From the NCBI GenBank assembly GCA_040752415.1, contig JBFMGU010000018.1:1-64000 (forward strand): a DNA stretch of 64,000 nucleotides. The letters run 5' to 3'. The number at the start of each line of letters is the position of its first letter. Within the stretch, counting starts at the first letter, position 1. The stretch is from Myxococcota bacterium. Its GTDB lineage: Bacteria; Myxococcota; JACRCW01. Below, piece by piece: positions 30,198-39,102 of this stretch. The notes below the pieces were generated by a model. That model saw nothing but the letters and a program-made list of their open reading frames with translations. It was not told where the DNA came from and searched no databases. The position numbers were made by a program, and so were the translations under genes.

Positions 30198-32204
30198 ATG
30201 GGAACACCGGGATTGCGCCGCGCGCCTCCATCTCTGGCGTATGCGGGACCGGCGCTGGTGGCCGTCCTGGGTGTGGCCGCGGTGACGGCGTCGTCGGGCC
30301 TTCCCCCTGGCAATCCGTGGGCGGTGCTGTGCTGGAGCGCGTGCCTGCTCCTCGCGTGTGCGGGTTGGGGCCGGCTCGTCGAGCGTGTGCTCACCGGCGG
30401 CAACCGCGCCGACCTGGGCCTGCAGTCCGCGTGGGGTCTCGGCGCGTTGGTGGCGACGGGAGGCTGGTTGTGCGTTGGGCGCGCGGTTTCACCGGGGACC
30501 GCGTTCCTGCTGGTCAATGGCGGCGTTCTCGCGTTGGCGGCCACGTTGGCCCTGGACCGTCGTCGGGAAGTGGCGCGACTGCACTGGGCAACCCGCGCGG
30601 TCACCCTCCGGCCACTCGTTACCGCCGGCGTGCTCGTCGCGCTGTTGCTCGCCGCGTTCCAGTTCGTGGGCGCGGTCGCGGACTGGAGCTTCAACGTCAA
30701 CGACGACTACGTGGCGTATTTCCCGTTCGCACGGAAGATGCTGCAGACCGGCACGCTCGACGAGCCCTTCAGCCTCCGACGCCTCAGCACCCTGGGCGGC
30801 CAGTCCTTCCTCCACGCGCTGCTGTTGCCGGTGGCGAACGAGTACCAGCTCCACGTCCTGGACCGTGGCGTCTGCCTGCTGTTGATGGCGTTGCTCGTCG
30901 TCGGAGCGCTCGGACGCGGCTCGGCGACCGCGGTGTTGGTGGCTCTCTGGCTCGTGGTGCTGCTGCCCAACAACCGCGTGAACACCACGAGTCACATGTC
31001 GGGCGCGGTGCTGTTCCTTGCGCTCTTTCGCACACTGCAGTGGCTCGGTCGGGTGAAGGTGTCGTCGGTGGGGGCGGGGGTGCTGCTCGGCATGCTGGCC
31101 GCGGCGGTGTGCACCTTCCGTCAGAATTTCATGTTGGTGGCGGCGCTCCTCGTCGGGGCGGGGCTCGCCTCCCGGATCGCGGATGCTCCGCGCGGTCGTC
31201 GGAGCGCGGCGTTCCGGACGGTGTTGAGCACCGCGGTCTGCGGCCTGGTCTTCCTGGTGCCGTGGATGATTGCGTCGCACCGTTCTTCGGGCACGTTCCT
31301 CTTCCCGGTCTTCCCCGGCAACTTCAGCCAGCAGTTCTCCTTCAGCGCCACGTCGGAGAGCTGGCAGTCACGCGCGCGCTTCCTGTGGGACAACCTCACG
31401 CATCCGCATCCCTTCCGCGCCGCGCCGTTGTTCCTGGTGGCCGGGCTCCTGCTCCGTCCCTGGCGCTCCCATCGCGCTCTGGTCTCCCTCGTCGTCGCCG
31501 TGGTGCTGGGCTGGGTGAGCCTGGTTCTCGCGTTTCCCACGTCGGACCCGCCCAATCTCTCCCGGTACAGCTACGCGTTCCTGCTCGCCGCGGCCGTCGC
31601 GGTGGTGCTGGAGGGACTCTCCTCGGCGGGGCGGCTCGGGGGCGTGGTGACGACGGTGGCGGCGGGCATCCAACTCCTCGCCTCCACACCGGCGGCGCTC
31701 GAGCAGGCGCGGAAGGATGCGCACCACGTGGGCCCGGTGTACTTCGGCGACGCGCCATTGTTGCCGGCCTTCATGCTCCGAGCTGTTTCCTATGAGGGCC
31801 TGCAGGCCAGCGTCCCCGAGGGCGGAGCACTGTTGGTGATGCTGGATTTTCCGTTCCTGCTGGACTTCACGCGCAATCCCATCGTGAACATCGACACGCC
31901 CGGTGCGGTGGCGCCCCCGCCGGGCCTGCCGGTCTCCGACGGAGGTGAACGCGTGGCGGACTACCTGACGACGGTGGGGATTCCCTACGTGGCGTTCGTC
32001 CGTCCGGAGCGCGCGGTGCACATGTACCGTCGGGACCTGTGGGAAGGCCTCCGCGACGATCCCTCGCCGCTGACGCGCGCACAGGTGCGCATGTACCTGG
32101 GCACCATGGATGCGCTGGCGGAGCTCTCCCGCTCACGCGTCCGCCTGCACGACGACGGGACGTTGGTGGTGCTGGACCTCACGCGTCGTGTGGAAGACCG
32201 ATGA
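30198..32204 (+). CDS. Polytopic membrane protein, possibly GT-C fold glycosyltransferase
   Basis: More than 10 TM helices; acidic NDDYVAY loop after the early TMs; co-oriented with GT9 and methyltransferase genes. Confidence 0.55.
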   Translation: MGTPGLRRAPPSLAYAGPALVAVLGVAAVTASSGLPPGNPWAVLCWSACLLLACAGWGRLVERVLTGGNRADLGLQSAWGLGALVATGGWLCVGRAVSPGTAFLLVNGGVLALAATLALDRRREVARLHWATRAVTLRPLVTAGVLVALLLAAFQFVGAVADWSFNVNDDYVAYFPFARKMLQTGTLDEPFSLRRLSTLGGQSFLHALLLPVANEYQLHVLDRGVCLLLMALLVVGALGRGSATAVLVALWLVVLLPNNRVNTTSHMSGAVLFLALFRTLQWLGRVKVSSVGAGVLLGMLAAAVCTFRQNFMLVAALLVGAGLASRIADAPRGRRSAAFRTVLSTAVCGLVFLVPWMIASHRSSGTFLFPVFPGNFSQQFSFSATSESWQSRARFLWDNLTHPHPFRAAPLFLVAGLLLRPWRSHRALVSLVVAVVLGWVSLVLAFPTSDPPNLSRYSYAFLLAAAVAVVLEGLSSAGRLGGVVTTVAAGIQLLASTPAALEQARKDAHHVGPVYFGDAPLLPAFMLRAVSYEGLQASVPEGGALLVMLDFPFLLDFTRNPIVNIDTPGAVAPPPGLPVSDGGERVADYLTTVGIPYVAFVRPERAVHMYRRDLWEGLRDDPSPLTRAQVRMYLGTMDALAELSRSRVRLHDDGTLVVLDLTRRVEDR

Positions 32205-32211
32205 GCCGTGC

Positions 32212-33090
32212 TCAGCGCGGTGGCTTGTCGTCGATCTCCTGGAACTTGTCCCGGCTGTAGCCGCACGCGAGCTTGGGGTTGGCCAGCACCAGGCGACAGT
32301 TGCGTTTGTCGATGGCGTCGATGGCGCTCTTCTCCGGCATGGTGAGCACCTTCTCCAGCGTGCGCAGTCCCTCCGCCGCGTCGTCGGGTGCGTCCTTCTT
32401 CTGCCCGTGACAGATGAGGCTCACGCCCAGCTCGGTGAAGGTGCTGGTGTCCGGTCGCAGCCGCACGCTCTGGCGGTGGAACTCAATGGACTTCTTCTTG
32501 TCGCCGCGCGTGCCCGCCACCACCTTCACAATCCACCAGTCCGGGACGATCCGGTAGAAGATCCCCAGCACGTAGTGGAAGTGCGCCTCCAGGAGATCCT
32601 CGTCGAGCTTGAAGGGCTTTCCGCGCGTGATGTTGAGGCCGGTGAGCCAGCTCTGCTCCACCTCCTTGGCCAGCCTCACGCTCTTCATGATCCCCCGCAC
32701 CGTTCCCTGACGACCCAGCGCAATCCCCAGGTACAGGTAGCAGTGCGGCACCGTCTGTCCCGCGCGGGCAACGCACTTGCGGACCAGCTCCTCCGCCTGC
32801 GTGTAGGCCTTCAGCTTCTCGGCGTCGGGCGTCTCCCGGTGCACCTCGAAGTAGCCGATCAGCGCGCGGGCCACCCGCCACTGCAGCTCCGGGCGTTCCT
32901 CGGCCTCCGCGTGGCCTTTCACCGCGTGGTAGATCTCGTCGTACTTCCCGTAGCCCAGGCGCGCGTCCACCCACGCCACCGCCGCAGCCTCGTCGTGAAC
33001 CGGGTAGCCTTCCGACGCGGGTGCGCTCTCCTGCGCCTGCAGCAGCGGCACCACCAGCACCAGCGGCACCAGCGCACCGCGCACGCGCAT
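32212..33090 (-). CDS. Secreted TPR-like helical repeat protein
   Basis: Signal peptide; LQWRVARA, HCYLYLGIALG, HYVLGIFY...VP helical repeats; TGATG coupling to the upstream gene. Confidence 0.65.
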   Translation of the reverse strand: MRVRGALVPLVLVVPLLQAQESAPASEGYPVHDEAAAVAWVDARLGYGKYDEIYHAVKGHAEAEERPELQWRVARALIGYFEVHRETPDAEKLKAYTQAEELVRKCVARAGQTVPHCYLYLGIALGRQGTVRGIMKSVRLAKEVEQSWLTGLNITRGKPFKLDEDLLEAHFHYVLGIFYRIVPDWWIVKVVAGTRGDKKKSIEFHRQSVRLRPDTSTFTELGVSLICHGQKKDAPDDAAEGLRTLEKVLTMPEKSAIDAIDKRNCRLVLANPKLACGYSRDKFQEIDDKPPR

Positions 33091-33566
33091 CAACGCGACC
33101 CCAACAGCTCTTGCAGCAGCGCGCGCGCCAGCGGCTCCTTGCAGCGCGGCTCGAACGCCTCCAGTGCGTCGCGCACCAGGCCGCTGACCACCAGCTTCCC
33201 GCTCTTGTGCTGGCTGCCCAGCTGCGCCAGCGCGCGCTCACCCACCGCCGCGTCGGGATGTTGCAGCATCTTGCACAGCAGCTCCGCCTCGTCGGGCATC
33301 TCGTGGTTCTTCACCAGCGCATCCGCCGCGGCCACGATCTCGTCGGGAGTGTGCGCGCCGCGCAGACGTTCCATGCGCATCCGGGAGCCCATGGCGGGGG
33401 CCGGACGGGCGGGCGCGGGCGGAGCCGGGGACGGAGCGCCGCCACCCTTGAACAACGCGTCCAGCTTGGCGAACTTGGCACCGCGCGGCCCCGACGACGG
33501 CGTGGGCGTGGGGTTGGCGCGGGGCGTGAACGGGCTGTCGGGAAGGCGTGGGTCCTTGGGGGGCAT
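33090..33566 (-). CDS. Hypothetical protein (Pro-rich N-terminus, helical C-terminus)
   Basis: GAGGTG RBS; GC-rich third positions; stop overlaps the next ATG. Confidence 0.65.
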   Translation of the reverse strand: MPPKDPRLPDSPFTPRANPTPTPSSGPRGAKFAKLDALFKGGGAPSPAPPAPARPAPAMGSRMRMERLRGAHTPDEIVAAADALVKNHEMPDEAELLCKMLQHPDAAVGERALAQLGSQHKSGKLVVSGLVRDALEAFEPRCKEPLARALLQELLGSR

Positions 33567-33686
33567 GGTCCACCTCGAAGCGCAGGGTACACACGGCGGT
33601 ATCTGTTCCGCACGCCGTCACGCAAGCTCGGCGGACGGCGGGGTGGGACTGGCGGACCACCGCGTCAACGCCTACAACTGCTTCTC

Positions 33687-34748
33687 GTGCTGGAACGCTT
33701 CCTGAGCCAGACCGCCGCCAGCGTGGACCGCGCGCTGTTCCACGCGCTCAGCACCGCCACCAAGGGCGGCCTGCGCGGCACCTCCGCCGAGAGACTGGAT
33801 CACGCCGAGCGCGTGCGCGGCCTGCGCGCCATTGCCGGGATGTACAGCACCCCGGAAATCATCTCCGACGTGGAGCGCTTCTTCCCCGGTCCCGCGCGGG
33901 AGGTGCAGGAGCGCCTGGTGCGTCGTGAGGATGACAGCGACGTGGTGGAGCTGAGCTGGGCCTCACGCGCACCGCTCTTCCATGACGCCGTGGCCGAGCG
34001 CTACCTCAAGCACAGGCACAACCAGACCGGCGTGGCGCGCCTCTACACGCCGGGCGGCGCGGGGCGTCCCGCGGTGGTGCTCATCCACGGTTATCTCGGC
34101 GGAAACTGGCTGCTGGAGTCGCGCGTGTGGCCGCTGCAATGGCTCATGCGCCTGGGCCTGGACCCCGTGCTCACCGTGCTGCCGTTCCACGGCGCGCGCG
34201 CCACGCCCGGACGCCTGGGCCCGCCGCCGTTCCCCTCCACCGACCCGCGCTTCACCATCGAGGCGTTCCGTCAGGCGGTGGCGGACCTGCGCACGCTGGC
34301 GCACACGCTGCGGCAGCGCGGCGCGCCGGCGGTGGGGCTGATGGGCATGAGCCTGGGCGGATACACCACCGCGCTCGCCGCCACCGTCGACGAGTACGAC
34401 TTCGTGGTGCCCATGATTCCGCTCGGCTCCATCGCGGACTTCGCCCTGGCGGGCGGCCGGCTGGGCTCCACGCCCGACGAGGCGGCGGAGCAGCACCGGC
34501 TCCTGGACGCGGCGCACGCCGTGGTGAGCCCGTTCGCACGGCCCTCCCGAGTGAAGCCCGGCCGCGCGCTGGTGCTCACGGGCGCCGCGGACCGCATCAC
34601 GCCCAGCCACCACGCCTCCCGACTCGCGGACCACCTGGGCGCGCAGTTGCACACCTTCCACGGCGGACACCTGCTGCAGTTTGGGCGGGGCAATGCGTTC
34701 CGCGCCGTGGGCACCATGTTGCGCCGCCTGGGCCTGGCCTCCGGCTGA
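33687..34748 (+). CDS. Alpha/beta hydrolase
   Basis: LIHGY, LPFHGAR, GMSLGG nucleophile, D (ADRI) and H (GGH) triad candidates; GTG start approximate. Confidence 0.8.
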   Translation: MLERFLSQTAASVDRALFHALSTATKGGLRGTSAERLDHAERVRGLRAIAGMYSTPEIISDVERFFPGPAREVQERLVRREDDSDVVELSWASRAPLFHDAVAERYLKHRHNQTGVARLYTPGGAGRPAVVLIHGYLGGNWLLESRVWPLQWLMRLGLDPVLTVLPFHGARATPGRLGPPPFPSTDPRFTIEAFRQAVADLRTLAHTLRQRGAPAVGLMGMSLGGYTTALAATVDEYDFVVPMIPLGSIADFALAGGRLGSTPDEAAEQHRLLDAAHAVVSPFARPSRVKPGRALVLTGAADRITPSHHASRLADHLGAQLHTFHGGHLLQFGRGNAFRAVGTMLRRLGLASG

Positions 34749-34832
34749 GACCGGCTTCCCGCTCGACGAAATGTTGGAGCACGCTCCGGGCACGACCTAG
34801 TCTCCTCGACGGTGTCGTCGTCAGGAGCACGC

Positions 34833-37800
34833 ATGCGCGCACGGGTGGTCCCGTTGGCCGTGGTGGTGATGGTGCTGGGCGCCTGTCCGCGCCTGGTCAC
34901 CGTGGAGCTGGGTGGCCCGGAGGAGCCTCCGCCCCCGTCGTCGGACGCGGGCCCGGAGCCGGTCATCACCGAGGTCACCGTGAGCCCGCGCCGTTCCGTG
35001 GACCTGGACGGCGGGGCCGGCACCCTGGCCGCATACGCGGGCGACCTGCTCACCGTCACCGGCGCGCACTGGTCCACCTCCGCCGTGCAGCTCAAGGTGG
35101 GCGAGGAGGTGGTTCCGCTCGAGTCGGTGTCGGACACCCAGCTCACCGCCGTGGTGCCGGTGGGCATGCGCAGCGGGCCGCTCCGCGTGGTCAGCGGTGA
35201 GCGCAGCTCCAGGGTCCCCGGTCCCACGCTGGTCTACCTTGGCCGTGGCCACGTCCCGGTCCCCACCGACCTCGGCGTCGTGGACCCGCGCATCACCATC
35301 ACCGCGTCGGGAACCGCGGGCACGCGTTGCGCCCGGGCACCGGATGGCGTCGACGCCGGGGCCACGCCCTATGACGCGGAGTGCGCGCGCTACAAGGCCC
35401 CGCAGCAGATGGCGCTCACCTTCTCGTTCGGCGCGGTGCCGCAGTTCGCGGGGGAGCAGTACGCGGCCATCGTGCAGGCGTTTGGCGGCGCGGTGGGCAT
35501 GGCGCGGCTCTCCCTGTCCGACGAGATTCGCGTGGTCTCCGGCCTGCAGCCCTACGTCCCGGACCTGGACAACCCCTCGCTCCACGACGTGGCGGTGATG
35601 CAGGCCGCGCGCACCGGCAACCAGTTCGCCTGGCAGGTGCAGCTGGGCACGTTGCTGGGCAATGCGTCGGTGGCGGTGGCGGGAGAGAACCTGGTGCCCA
35701 TGCTGCTGCGCAACGGCAAGCAGTACTGGGTGGGCGTGGAGGACCTGGGGAACGCCACGCACCGCGTGCGGCCCTACGGCGGACTTCCCGGCGGTGGTTA
35801 CGGCTGGCTCACCGAGAATGGCGTCGAGCTGGCGGGAAATCTCCGGGCCGCCGCCGCGCTGGAGCCGGGCTGGTATCCCTACGGCGCGCACGGGGCGGAC
35901 CCCATGCTGGTGGACCTCTCCTGCAGTGAGAGCGTGGCCGACGCGGGACCCGGCGTGCTCCTGCACCACGTCTTTCCTCCGCCGCGCAGCGAGGTGGAGA
36001 ACGGCATGGGTGACGTCGTCACCGGGGCGTGGCCGGTGCCCAACCCGGATGGCGGATGCGCGCCAGGCACGCGCTGTCATGACCGCGTGCAACAGGAGGG
36101 CTCACCGGTACTGCGCAGCGTGTTTCCGTGTCTCTCCTCGCCCATCTGCACCGGCTTCCTCTTCTGCGCGCAGAATCCCGAGTGCCAGCACTACACCTGT
36201 CCGCCGGAGTCGGATTGCGGGGCGCTGGTGGCGTGTCGCGGGGATACGCAGTGCGCGCAGCTCTTGGCGAACAACACGCCGTGTGACGAGGACAACCGCT
36301 GCATCGCGGCGCGCCGCTGCCTGCAAGGCCCCGACGGGTTCTGCGACGCGCTCGCCCAGTGCGAGGCCGACGAGACGTGCCGCACCGTGCGGGATTGCGC
36401 GGGTGACCCGGCGTGTCGTGGGGCGGTGGGATGCCTGTTTGATTCCTCGTGCGAATCCAACGCGAAGTGCGCGCTAAACCCCGGAGCCTGTGAGCTGGCG
36501 CTGGGCTGCTATGAGCAACTGTGTCGCGGACCCGCCGAGCCCTCCGCGTTGCACCCGCTGGTCCCGGGCGGACTGGTGCTCGCTCCCGCCGCGGCCAGCG
36601 ACCCGTTCGAGCAGCGCGCCAGCCCCATGTGCGTGGTGGACGGCTACAGCGGCGAGCTGGGAGGCCTGGGCCTGACCGTTTCCGCCGTGACCACGCTGCC
36701 CAGCTCCCGCGCGGAGGACGCGCGCATCATGCTGGTTCCCTCGCTGGGGCAACCGCTGCGGGAGGTGTGGACCTACTCGTACGCGGACGGATTCCGGCGC
36801 GTGCCCACCGTCGAGCAGTACGTGGAGCTGCACCCCGACCCGGACCTCGCCATCGTCTACGCCGTTCCCGCGCAGGGCAGCCGGGTGGACATGCTGGACC
36901 CGGACGGTGAGCTGAGCGGCTCCTTCAGCGTCATGGGTACGCCGCTGCACGCCTGGCCTGTCGACGCCACCGGGCGCATGCTGGTGGTGTACCCGCAGGT
37001 CACGTTGCTGATGGATGCGTCCGGCACCGTGCTCAAGCACCAGCTGCTCGAGGCTCCGCTCTCCTTCCGCGCGCAGCGCGCCGACGACGTCACCGAGGCC
37101 CTCTGGGTCATCCAGCCGCGTGGCGACGACGCGGCCGACCTGGCGCGCTACCGCCTGGAACCCGACGGAGAGACCCTGCTGGTGGAGGAGCTGCGCGTGG
37201 CGGCGGAGGACGCTGGCGTCTACCCGCTGGGCTTCCTGGGCAACCGCTTCGTCGGCTTCGACTTCTCACCCGCCGCGCTCGTCAATTGCGTGGAGTCCTA
37301 TGCGCTGTCGCTGGTGACGGTGAGCAGCAGCGGCCTGGAGGTGCAGCCCATCCCCGACTCGTGCAGCGTGGACCTCGTGGCAATCAATCCCTCGTCGGGG
37401 AACGCCTACTTCCGTTACGGCGAGGGCGAGGACACGCTGATGCGCACGGTGGACCTGCACACCGGCACCATGGTGGCCACGGGGCAGCGTCCTCCCGCAT
37501 CCATGACCGCGGTGCCCGGCGGCGGCGTGGTGGGCGTGTTCTTCAACCTGGAGATCGGCACCTTCGAGCTGGGGCAGGTGGACCGGAATCACGCGTACAC
37601 GTCGCTGGGGACCGCGCCGGCATTCCTGGCGCCCATGGTGGTCAGTCCCGACGGGAGACGGCTCTACATCGGCGGGGAGGGCAGCGTGACCGAGCTGGAG
37701 CTGGGATTGGATGTCTCGCAGGGAGCGCAGGGGTCCATCAGCGTCGTCAGCGCCACGTCGCTGGGCTCCACCCCGGTGGCCGGCAATGTCACCAGCCTGG

Positions 37801-37871
37801 CCATGGATCCCACCGGCGCGCGCCTGGTCTACGTCGACAACAGCGCGCAGCGCGTGGGCCTGGTGCGTTGA
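34833..37871 (+). CDS. Large lipoprotein: IPT/TIG-like domain, Cys-rich helical repeat region, C-terminal beta-propeller
   Basis: Lipobox LGAC; SVSDTQLTAVVP TIG motif; about 25 Cys in 36050-36530; VSPDGRRLY and MDPTGARLVY propeller blades. Confidence 0.7.
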   Translation: MRARVVPLAVVVMVLGACPRLVTVELGGPEEPPPPSSDAGPEPVITEVTVSPRRSVDLDGGAGTLAAYAGDLLTVTGAHWSTSAVQLKVGEEVVPLESVSDTQLTAVVPVGMRSGPLRVVSGERSSRVPGPTLVYLGRGHVPVPTDLGVVDPRITITASGTAGTRCARAPDGVDAGATPYDAECARYKAPQQMALTFSFGAVPQFAGEQYAAIVQAFGGAVGMARLSLSDEIRVVSGLQPYVPDLDNPSLHDVAVMQAARTGNQFAWQVQLGTLLGNASVAVAGENLVPMLLRNGKQYWVGVEDLGNATHRVRPYGGLPGGGYGWLTENGVELAGNLRAAAALEPGWYPYGAHGADPMLVDLSCSESVADAGPGVLLHHVFPPPRSEVENGMGDVVTGAWPVPNPDGGCAPGTRCHDRVQQEGSPVLRSVFPCLSSPICTGFLFCAQNPECQHYTCPPESDCGALVACRGDTQCAQLLANNTPCDEDNRCIAARRCLQGPDGFCDALAQCEADETCRTVRDCAGDPACRGAVGCLFDSSCESNAKCALNPGACELALGCYEQLCRGPAEPSALHPLVPGGLVLAPAAASDPFEQRASPMCVVDGYSGELGGLGLTVSAVTTLPSSRAEDARIMLVPSLGQPLREVWTYSYADGFRRVPTVEQYVELHPDPDLAIVYAVPAQGSRVDMLDPDGELSGSFSVMGTPLHAWPVDATGRMLVVYPQVTLLMDASGTVLKHQLLEAPLSFRAQRADDVTEALWVIQPRGDDAADLARYRLEPDGETLLVEELRVAAEDAGVYPLGFLGNRFVGFDFSPAALVNCVESYALSLVTVSSSGLEVQPIPDSCSVDLVAINPSSGNAYFRYGEGEDTLMRTVDLHTGTMVATGQRPPASMTAVPGGGVVGVFFNLEIGTFELGQVDRNHAYTSLGTAPAFLAPMVVSPDGRRLYIGGEGSVTELELGLDVSQGAQGSISVVSATSLGSTPVAGNVTSLAMDPTGARLVYVDNSAQRVGLVR

Positions 37872-37885
37872 GCACTCCACCGCAT

Positions 37886-38791
37886 TCAGCGCGCGGCCAC
37901 CACCATCTCGTCCTGCACCACCACGCGGCTCACCACCTGCATGCCCTGGCCCGCGGGAACGCGCTGGGCGTGCGCCGCGTCGTAGCGACGTCCCTTCTCG
38001 CCGCCCGAGACGATGAACCGACCCCAGTCGGCCTGCTCCCGCTCGTCCACCAGCTCGCCGTCCAGGTAGAGGCGGTGCGTGGGGAAGGTGGAGCGGTTCA
38101 CCGTCACGGTGCGCGTTCCGTCGCAGCAGATCTCGTTGGTGGCGACGATCCAGATGTACGGCGCGTCGATGCCGTAGAGCGGGAACGTGCTGTCCTGGGC
38201 CAGCGTGGACATGCGCACCGCGCGACGCTCCGTCACCGCCAGGCACTGCCCGCCGCGCGTCAGCCCACCGGTGGTGCCCTGGCGGAAGTTGCTCTCCGGG
38301 ATGGCCTCTCCGTCGCCAAACAGGCGCACCGGGCCCGCCACCAGGTAGCGCGTGTAGCCCAGGTCGTGGTCGCTGCTCACCGAGGTGTAGCTGGCGTAGC
38401 TCCCGTCGTCGGCGTGGCCCGCCCGGGGCACCACCTGGCCCGCGCGACACTGCGCGGTGAACGAGCCCAGGTGCAGCGCGCCGCGGTAGTCCTTGCCCGC
38501 CACGTAGTCACGCCAGGATTTCTCGTCGGAGAAACGCGCGGGCGGCTCCGGGTTGGTGCTCAGGCTCATCCCCGTCACCGCGGCCATGATGGCCGGCCAA
38601 CGCCACGGCTCGCCCGCCCACGGATTGGGCTGCAGGCTGCGCAGCTCGTTGTAGAGCACGCGCGGGTCGTAGGAGCGGATGTGCGCCACCACCTTGATGT
38701 CCTGCGCGCGGATTTCGTGCGTGGGCTTCTCGTCGGAAGAAGCGGAGGAGGTGAGCAGCGTGGCGGTGATGAGGGCGGTGGCGACGAACAT
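37886..38791 (-). CDS. Secreted hypothetical protein
   Basis: Signal peptide MFVATALITATLLTSSASS; GGAG RBS; GC3 bias. Confidence 0.65.
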   Translation of the reverse strand: MFVATALITATLLTSSASSDEKPTHEIRAQDIKVVAHIRSYDPRVLYNELRSLQPNPWAGEPWRWPAIMAAVTGMSLSTNPEPPARFSDEKSWRDYVAGKDYRGALHLGSFTAQCRAGQVVPRAGHADDGSYASYTSVSSDHDLGYTRYLVAGPVRLFGDGEAIPESNFRQGTTGGLTRGGQCLAVTERRAVRMSTLAQDSTFPLYGIDAPYIWIVATNEICCDGTRTVTVNRSTFPTHRLYLDGELVDEREQADWGRFIVSGGEKGRRYDAAHAQRVPAGQGMQVVSRVVVQDEMVVAAR

Positions 38792-38967
38792 GGACGTCTC
38801 CTGCACGGCGCGCCTCTGGCGCCGTTGGGTTGGCGTGGGGTCTCGGGTGTCGGGCTCCCGGCGACGGACGCAGAGCCCCATTGCGGCCCGCGTGCCAGCC
38901 CGCTCGTCCAGCTCAACGTGCGGATTTCACAGCGGAATCTGAAATGGGCCCCCACGCCAGACCCGTG

Positions 38968-39030
38968 CCAGGCAAGCCTTGCTCATCCCTCCTCGCGGTG
39001 GTGGCTGCATGACCGAGCAAGCCTTGCTCA
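38968..39030. promoter_or_regulatory. Paired palindromic binding sites GCAA-N3-TTGC in a divergent promoter
   Basis: 14-bp direct repeat GCAAGCCTTGCTCA at 38972-38985 and 39017-39030; second copy lies in the perfect palindrome GAGCAAG-C-CTTGCTC. Confidence 0.55.
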
Positions 39031-39102
39031 GGGGCGTCCTCCAAATTGTCCCGCGCGCGCGGCCTCGCGTACCGTGATCAGCATCTCCACCCCCAAGGCA
39101 CC

